Position numbers and translations under genes: made by a program
IMG/VR virus record: IMGVR_UViG_2706796033_000001
Coordinates: 1 to 64,000 of that record
Strand: one strand, 5' to 3'
Origin: a virus
Taxonomy: Duplodnaviria; Caudoviricetes
Length of the DNA: 64,000 nt
Shown: in pieces, positions 58,671 through 64,000 of the stretch
Layout of the letters: every line of letters starts with the position of its first letter
Numbering within the stretch: the first letter of the stretch is position 1
Notes under the pieces: generated by a model
Database searches by the model: none
What the model was told of the DNA's origin: nothing
What the model saw: the letters and a program-made list of their open reading frames with translations, nothing else

Positions 58671-59001
58671 GTGGCCTTGGCCTAGCGACACCAAGGATGA
58701 CCGGTACCGGAGGATCATTGACCACTACCGGTCAGCCCTAGCGGAGATTGACCTAGAGGCGTGCCTAGTGGTCGATAAGAAGATGGCTGAGTATGGGCAG
58801 CCGTGGGTGTCTGATAACTCGATTATCGACGTGAACGAAATGCTGAGCGCTAAGCAACTGTCTGAGCGTTTTGGCATTTCGGAGTGGGACGTGCGGAACT
58901 GGGCTAAGCGTCATCCTGACAAGATCAGGCGGCATAAGGCTGCTAACGGTCGGACGTTATTTCGCGTCGGGGACGTGCTCACTTATCACGCAACCCGCTA
59001 G
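58663..59001 (+). CDS. MerR-like HTH DNA-binding protein
   Basis: LSAKQLSERFGISEWDVRNWAKR...FRVGDV. Confidence 0.65.
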   Translation: MAKWPWPSDTKDDRYRRIIDHYRSALAEIDLEACLVVDKKMAEYGQPWVSDNSIIDVNEMLSAKQLSERFGISEWDVRNWAKRHPDKIRRHKAANGRTLFRVGDVLTYHATR

Positions 59002-59048
59002 GGAACTCTTGGTCATGATTTAATTAAAGAGGGGAAAGTTGTACCCAA

Positions 59049-59462
59049 ATGTGGGCTGATATTCCTATTCCAGAACTTAAGGGGTACCAGGCCAGCGACC
59101 AAGGCAAGATTCGCGGTCCTCGCAAGGAACTGTCCGAGTGGGCAGACGAGCGGGGCTGTATGCGCGTTAAAGCGGCTGGGAGGCCGTGGGCGGTACACAT
59201 GCTGGTCTTGCTGACGTTCGTCGGTCCTCGGCCATCTGGGGGCGCTCCTCGGTGGCTTAATGGTGATCCCACGGATAACCGGCTGGTGAATCTGAAATGG
59301 CACACCGAAGATGAGCCAGAAGTTCTGACGCGGGTCAATCGTTGCCGCAACGGCCACGTGTACTCACGAGAAAACACAAAGGTATGGGGTTCGGGTCACC
59401 GGGTTTGTCTGGACTGCGAGAAGGGCGTTCCTAAGGTGATTCAGCTTCCGGAAGTGATTTAG
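59049..59462 (+). CDS. NUMOD4-HNH homing endonuclease-like protein
   Basis: W..IP....YQASDQG.IR, VH.LV..TFVGPRP, NG.PTDNRL.NL.W, C.NGH. Confidence 0.85.
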   Translation: MWADIPIPELKGYQASDQGKIRGPRKELSEWADERGCMRVKAAGRPWAVHMLVLLTFVGPRPSGGAPRWLNGDPTDNRLVNLKWHTEDEPEVLTRVNRCRNGHVYSRENTKVWGSGHRVCLDCEKGVPKVIQLPEVI

Positions 59463-59504
59463 CGCGCCCGCCTAGCCGGAAACTGGGCGGTTCTGGCTGC
59501 GCTG

Positions 59505-59547
59505 AGGCGGGTGTCCTGGCGAGGGGTCGGGGCACCCGCCTTTCTCT
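59505..59547 (+). terminator. putative intrinsic terminator
   Basis: AGGCGGGTGTCC / GGGCACCCGCCT stem plus T-rich tail. Confidence 0.6.
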
Positions 59548-59560
59548 TAAAGGGGGTGCG

Positions 59561-59821
59561 GTGAGGCCATCTGACTATGCGTGGGTGGCGCTGCTTTGCG
59601 CGATTGTCGGATATGAGATTGCGGCACCACCCGGCGAGCTTCTTAGTGAAGGCTGGGACCGCTACTTGCAGAGGTTTCCGATTGGGGCGCGTGTGCTGCC
59701 GCTGGTGCTGACCTTGCATGTGATTAATGCGCTGCCTGAACGCTACGACCCGGTTCACCGGTTGTCTGTGCTGTTCGCGGCGCTTGGGGGAAAAATTGAC
59801 CGATCCAAAGGAAGTGCTTGA
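59561..59821 (+). CDS. small membrane-associated protein
   Basis: AAAGGGGG SD; ELLSEGWDRY motif. Confidence 0.6.
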   Translation: MRPSDYAWVALLCAIVGYEIAAPPGELLSEGWDRYLQRFPIGARVLPLVLTLHVINALPERYDPVHRLSVLFAALGGKIDRSKGSA

Positions 59822-60203
59822 ACACCTAGAGGCCGAGAAGGCTGCTAAGGCCGTTAAGCGTGACGCTATCAACCCGCAGCATTACAAAGATGGCTGGTCT
59901 GACGGTGCAGAGCTGATCAGCATTACTGAAAACTTGACCAGTTCGGGTGGGCAGGCTGTGCAGTACATTGCGCGCTCAACTCGACTGGATGCGAGCCGTA
60001 ACAAGGGAGCCACCGCTAAGCAGTGGATTGAGGACTTGGAGAAGGCTAAGTGGTTTATCGACCGCGAGATTAAGCGACTTAAGGGGCAGAGGCCCGATCC
60101 GGCCAAGCCGATGCTCATTAACGAGTACACGGTGACGGTTCCTAGCGCGGTCGACCATATGATGACGCTGCGTGACTCGCGGCACCCTAGGGCGTTCGCG
60201 TGA
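59796..60203 (+). CDS. DUF3310-like protein
   Basis: INPQHY...Y..R...K....EDLEKAKWFI.REI. Confidence 0.75.
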   Translation: MTDPKEVLEHLEAEKAAKAVKRDAINPQHYKDGWSDGAELISITENLTSSGGQAVQYIARSTRLDASRNKGATAKQWIEDLEKAKWFIDREIKRLKGQRPDPAKPMLINEYTVTVPSAVDHMMTLRDSRHPRAFA

Positions 60204-60982
60204 GTGCGCGCGTCCTGATCCTCGACATTGAGACGCAGCGGGCCATCGTTGAGACGTTCGGCCTGTTCAAGCAGTTCATTGGCATTGATCAGGTCCAGGT
60301 GCCTACGCGTGTGTTGTGTTGGGCGGCTAAGTGGCGCGGTGAGGATCGCGTCATGTTCAAGGCCGCTTGGGACGATCACGACGAGGCCGCTTACCGCTCC
60401 ATGATGCAAGTCATGTGGGATGCGCTGGATAGCGCCGACATTGTTGTGACGTGGAATGGTGACCGGTTCGACCTGCAATGGCTTGAGGCTGAGTTCCTGC
60501 GCCTGGGTATGGGTCGTCCGATGCCGTATAAGTCGGTGGACTTGATTAAGACGGTGCGCCGCTGGTTTAAGGGCGGGCTGATGAGCATGAAGCTCGATTG
60601 GTCGGCCCGCATGATCCTTAAGGACCGCAAGGTTCACCACGGAGGGAGTGACCTCTGGTGGGATATTAGGCATGGCACGCGGGCTGAGAAGCGTGCAGCT
60701 CAGAAGATTATGCGCGAGTACAACGAGCATGACGTCCGTTTGACTGGGCGGCTGTTTGAGCATCACTTGCCGTATTTGAATCTCAATCTGGCCCTGTATG
60801 AGGACACGGTTGATGACGGCGTTGAGCGTTGCGTTAAGTGCAATAGCGAGAACTTAAAGAAAGACGGCGTGAAGGCTTACGTCACTACAGCGGGCGTGTA
60901 TCAGATGTACCGCTGTAAGGACTGTGGCGCGACTTCGCGCGGTAAGCGTATTCGTGGAACGACAGAATTGAGGCCGGTTTAA
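60200..60982 (+). CDS. RNase H-like / DnaQ-like 3'-5' exonuclease
   Basis: LDIET, WNGDRFD, YNEHDV, C-terminal Zn ribbon. Confidence 0.85.
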   Translation: MSARVLILDIETQRAIVETFGLFKQFIGIDQVQVPTRVLCWAAKWRGEDRVMFKAAWDDHDEAAYRSMMQVMWDALDSADIVVTWNGDRFDLQWLEAEFLRLGMGRPMPYKSVDLIKTVRRWFKGGLMSMKLDWSARMILKDRKVHHGGSDLWWDIRHGTRAEKRAAQKIMREYNEHDVRLTGRLFEHHLPYLNLNLALYEDTVDDGVERCVKCNSENLKKDGVKAYVTTAGVYQMYRCKDCGATSRGKRIRGTTELRPV

Positions 60983-61165
60983 ATGAAGCCTGTTCCGCAG
61001 CCTAATAAGCTGCACCAAATGATTGTGGGCGCTCTGCTTGATAACAAGCAGGTGTATGTCCCCGCTCCTAAGGGTGTGGATGGTCCTGGTCATTGGCGGG
61101 GCACGTTGGCGAATAACGTGTCGGAGCTGAACATGGATCGCGCGGCTAAGCGGTGGCTTAAGTGA
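60983..61165 (+). CDS. hypothetical protein
   Basis: Coupled ORF. Confidence 0.5.
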   Translation: MKPVPQPNKLHQMIVGALLDNKQVYVPAPKGVDGPGHWRGTLANNVSELNMDRAAKRWLK

Positions 61166-61294
61166 GTAGGGACGCTGCGGTTCGTCGGCAGGAGTTGCGC
61201 CGGTCGAACGCAGCGGTCCCACATCGCAACCGTTACCGCGAACACAAGTCTGGAAAGGGCAAGCATGGGGAGGCCATAGCTGAGGGGGTAGCGG

Positions 61295-61717
61295 ATGCCG
61301 GGGAATTTGAGGAAGAAGGGTGGGACTGGCAAGACTGAGCGCGATTACCTTAGGGCGCGTAAGCGTGTCTTGAGGCAGTCTCAGATTTGCGCACTCCCAA
61401 GTTGCCGTCAGGCGATTGACCTCACTCTCAAGCCGATCTGCCAGTTCGTGGATACGAGCAAGTACACGGTTGAGACGGCGCACTTGATTCCTTTGGACTG
61501 TGGCCCTAATTGTCGGGAGCTTAAGCATTACCGCAAGAGCAATCCGTGGGGTCCGTCCGCTAACCACAAAATCTCGGTGGCGTCGTTGCCGCCGGATTCA
61601 CCACTGTTGGCGTCCGCTAAGAACCTCGAGCCTATGCACTTGAAGTGCAATCAGGAGCTTGGCGACGGCAAAAACGCTAAGCCTCGACATAAGGTGTCGA
61701 GAGATTGGTTCGCATAG
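61295..61717 (+). CDS. HNH endonuclease
   Basis: ICA...C...H.I....NL.PMH.KCN. Confidence 0.75.
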   Translation: MPGNLRKKGGTGKTERDYLRARKRVLRQSQICALPSCRQAIDLTLKPICQFVDTSKYTVETAHLIPLDCGPNCRELKHYRKSNPWGPSANHKISVASLPPDSPLLASAKNLEPMHLKCNQELGDGKNAKPRHKVSRDWFA

Positions 61718-62136
61718 TGTCGGATATTTCAGCGCCCGACGACCAGGGCAACATCATGGTCGGTGAGCTTCGCATCGTTCAGTACATAGACGGTGACGGC
61801 ACCCTTAACACGATTGACTTGTCTCAGGGGCCGGGCGGCGCTGAGCTTGAGGAGCACGCGTATTCGCAGTTGCTCGATTGGGGGCACGCGTTCGCGTTGG
61901 CTCCGAAGGTTGCGGCGATCCTCGCTAATGAGTGAGGTTTACACGTCGGAGGTTTTCGCGCGCTGTTTGGAGTGTGACGATTCGATCCGGCAGGGCGATG
62001 AGATTACTGAGTATGCGGGGGAGCTGTTTCATGCCGAGTGCGTCTAAGGTCAAGCGGCCTTGCGTGGAGTGTGGCAAGGAAGTTCCTACAGAGCGTTTCC
62101 ATAAGATTTACGGACGTGGTTGGGGGAGGCTATTTC

Positions 62137-62454
62137 ATGTCGAGTGCGCGCCAGATCAAATACAACCCCTGGGGACCGCTACCTGATCTGAATGAGTGTG
62201 AGCGTGCGCTTGCGTTCTCTGGGTGGGCGTATGAGGGCGGTTACGACACGGCTGAGGCGATCTACCGGCAGAAGTTCGGTGATCTGCCGTGCTTCGCTAT
62301 GGAGCCGGATGGCGGCACCTTGGCGGCGATGACGTTCCTTAAGCGGGCAATCGCGCTGATCGGTGAGGGGAAGCGGATTCGTTACCCGACCGGTGGTGAC
62401 GGGCACCCGATCATTTCCGCGCTTGTGGAGGTTCCGAGTGGAGTTCAAAGCTAG
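62137..62454 (+). CDS. hypothetical protein
   Basis: GGAGG SD. Confidence 0.55.
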   Translation: MSSARQIKYNPWGPLPDLNECERALAFSGWAYEGGYDTAEAIYRQKFGDLPCFAMEPDGGTLAAMTFLKRAIALIGEGKRIRYPTGGDGHPIISALVEVPSGVQS

Positions 62455-62615
62455 GTGCTGCGCACCAGGACATGACTTGTGCGATCCGTGCTGTGTGTGT
62501 GGTGAGCCGGAGGGTATTAATGACCGGCCTGATCTTGCGCCGCCGTCGAATCCAGTTCCGTCGCGTGTGAAGCGGAAGATTCTTAATCCTTGGCCGCAGG
62601 AGAAACGCGGCTAAC

Positions 62616-62686
62616 GCTGGATTAGCTTAGTGGTCAAGCGCTGCCTTCGTAACGCAGATTCACCGGTTCGATTCCGGTATCCAGCT
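62616..62686 (+). tRNA. tRNA-Thr(CGT)
   Basis: GCTGGAT/ATCCAGC acceptor, TTCGTAA anticodon loop, ACCGG-TTCGATT-CCGGT T arm. Confidence 0.88.
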
Positions 62687-62718
62687 CGCAGGAAATACAA
62701 CTGAATATGGGAGTAGTT

Positions 62719-62853
62719 ATGACTGAAAAAGACCCGATCAAGGTAGCTAAGGACAAGCTTGACGTTGTGCAGGAACTTCGGGACCGCACTGCGTGGCCTA
62801 AGGCTGAGGTGCCTGAGCAGGCTAAGAAGCCCGCGAAGGTCGGTAACGCTTAG
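62719..62853 (+). CDS. small hypothetical protein within the tRNA cluster
   Basis: 44 aa, GGGAG SD preceded by AACTGAATA motif. Confidence 0.6.
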   Translation: MTEKDPIKVAKDKLDVVQELRDRTAWPKAEVPEQAKKPAKVGNA

Positions 62854-62873
62854 TTCGTCCCCTTCGGGGGTTT

Positions 62874-62947
62874 CTGCTTGTAGCTCAGCTTGGTAGAGCG
62901 CCCGCTTTGGGAGCGGGAGGTCGCAGGTTCAAATCCTGCTTGGCAGA
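62874..62947 (+). tRNA. tRNA-Pro(TGG)
   Basis: TAGCTCAGCTTGGTAGAGC D arm, CCCGC-TTTGGGA-GCGGG, GCAGG-TTCAAAT-CCTGC. Confidence 0.9.
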
Positions 62948-62974
62948 CGTTAGGGATTACCCCGCCTCACGGCG

Positions 62975-63110
62975 TGTGGCCCCTCGGTTACTGCCACCGA
63001 CTGAACGGCAGCGTTGCAGATCGTATAACTGTCGTCCTGGCTGGGGTTGCGTAACACTGACCTATACCAGCTCGCTCTATGGTTCCAGGGCGTTAGGCAA
63101 AAGGGCCACA
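62975..63110 (+). ncRNA. candidate structured RNA between tRNA-Pro and tRNA-Trp
   Basis: TGTGGCCC/GGGCCACA closing stem and several internal stems. Confidence 0.45.
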
Positions 63111-63111
63111 T

Positions 63112-63187
63112 AGCTCGGTAGCTCAATTGGTAGAGCAGCGGTCTCCAAAGCCGCCGGTTCCCCGTTCAAGTCGGGGCCGGGTTGCCA
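63112..63187 (+). tRNA. tRNA-Trp(CCA)
   Basis: GCGGT-CTCCAAA-GCCGC anticodon arm, T arm, encoded CCA. Confidence 0.92.
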
Positions 63188-63217
63188 ATGAAGTACAGGC
63201 GGTGTACTATTCTCGAC

Positions 63218-63526
63218 ATGAGATACGCCGAAGTTGAGTACCGAATCGCAGACCTGTACCGCCTACATAGGTATGACGCGTTCGCCAACCCCGATAAGGT
63301 CGGGCTTGGTCGGTGCGGCTGCGGTGAGGACATGTACTACGCCGGGCATGATCTGCATTTCGGTCGTGCGGTGGCGGCGGCGCTCAAGCTGGGTGATGAA
63401 TGCCGTGCCTGCAAGGCTGAGATTTATTACCACGACGACGTTAAGCAGTGGTTCCATCGCGCCGATGTTGGCGAGCGGCCTACGTGCCGGTTTGGGGATG
63501 GCCCAGTGACGGAGCTGGTCGAATGA
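63218..63526 (+). CDS. Cys-rich hypothetical protein
   Basis: ORF between tRNAs; start uncertain. Confidence 0.5.
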   Translation: MRYAEVEYRIADLYRLHRYDAFANPDKVGLGRCGCGEDMYYAGHDLHFGRAVAAALKLGDECRACKAEIYYHDDVKQWFHRADVGERPTCRFGDGPVTELVE

Positions 63527-63570
63527 GACGAGGCGACGTAAGGCGAAATTATCGGCACAGGAGGGAACAC

Positions 63571-63747
63571 ATGAAGCGGAGTGAGCATTATGCCGAAGCG
63601 GTGCGCTTATTGGATGAGGCGAACCACGTCGGGCACACCGATGAGCTGCGCGGACTCGGGATGATGATGGCGGCGAACGCTCACGCCACACTGGCCTCGA
63701 TAGAGGACTTGGCGCGCCTACAGGAGGCGGCAAACAGATTGACGTAA
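63571..63747 (+). CDS. small hypothetical protein
   Basis: AGGAGG SD; HYAEA.RLL...AHATLA motif. Confidence 0.6.
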   Translation: MKRSEHYAEAVRLLDEANHVGHTDELRGLGMMMAANAHATLASIEDLARLQEAANRLT

Positions 63748-63759
63748 TCGAGCAATATC

Positions 63760-63833
63760 GGCCCTCTAGCCCAATTGGTAGAGGCACAGGTTTTAGGTAC
63801 CTGTCAGTGCGAGTTCGAGTCTCGCGGGGGCCA
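63760..63833 (+). tRNA. tRNA-Leu(TAG), short variable region
   Basis: GGCCCTC/GGGGGCC acceptor, CAGGT-TTTAGGT-ACCTG, GCGAG-TTCGAGT-CTCGC. Confidence 0.85.
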
Positions 63834-63834
63834 C

Positions 63835-63908
63835 GCTTAGTAGCCTAGTGGTAAGGCAGCCGGTTGTGATCCGGTGAACCTGAGTTCGATTCTCAGCTAA
63901 AGCCACCA
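63835..63908 (+). tRNA. tRNA-His(GTG)
   Basis: GCCGG-TTGTGAT-CCGGT anticodon arm, CTGAG-TTCGATT-CTCAG T arm; acceptor stem with bulge. Confidence 0.8.
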
Positions 63909-63982
63909 TGACCGGTAGCACAACTGGTAGTTGCGCCGCGCTCTGGACGCGGAGGTTGTTGGTTCGATCCCAGCTCGGTCAG
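63909..63982 (+). tRNA. tRNA-Gln(CTG)
   Basis: TGACCGG/TCGGTCA acceptor, CCGCG-CTCTGGA-CGCGG, T arm. Confidence 0.88.
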
Positions 63983-64000
63983 CTAGGGCAGCTCTAGCGC

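Noticed and set aside
59049-59462. Group I intron around the NUMOD4-HNH gene
   Set aside because: Flanking genes appear intact and no intron core elements were recognised; treated as free-standing
61169-61220. Hairpin as candidate ncRNA
   Set aside because: Lies within a plausible small ORF at 61162-61338 (RRQELRRSNAAVPH), so it is more simply coding sequence

Overview
The window is the left ~64 kb of a temperate siphovirus infecting an actinobacterial host. Lysin B, Lsr2 and WhiB point to a mycobacteriophage, and gene order and content resemble Cluster L phages (inference, not a database result). Layout: packaging, head and tail genes (0.4-25.5 kb); lysis cassette (25.6-29 kb); a leftward accessory cassette with a Pol-beta-type nucleotidyltransferase and Lsr2; attP, tyrosine integrase, repressor, Cro and Xis (31.6-35.1 kb); a long early/accessory right arm (recombination, DnaB, Prs-like plus NAMPT-like pair, PNK, RNA ligase, ClpP-like protease, WhiBs, HNHs); and the start of a tRNA cluster (Thr, Pro, Trp, Leu, His, Gln). 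The most striking feature is a DUF2828/Ro60(TROVE)-like VWA gene (40771-42201) followed by three tandem small structured RNA units. The units share a TGTGG-stem-T(A)ACAGCAA...stem-CCAGT scaffold with covarying stems. The middle unit carries a complete circularly permuted tRNA-Asn(GTT), and the other two carry anticodon-loop-like hairpins. This looks like a phage Ro/Y-RNA-like system, possibly a tRNA decoy. Also visible are further unannotated structured RNA candidates (36035-36380, 52986-53106, 62975-63110), a late-gene start-associated motif (AACTDAATA) and an 18-bp operator palindrome. All calls were made by eye from the sequence and ORF track, with no searches run.
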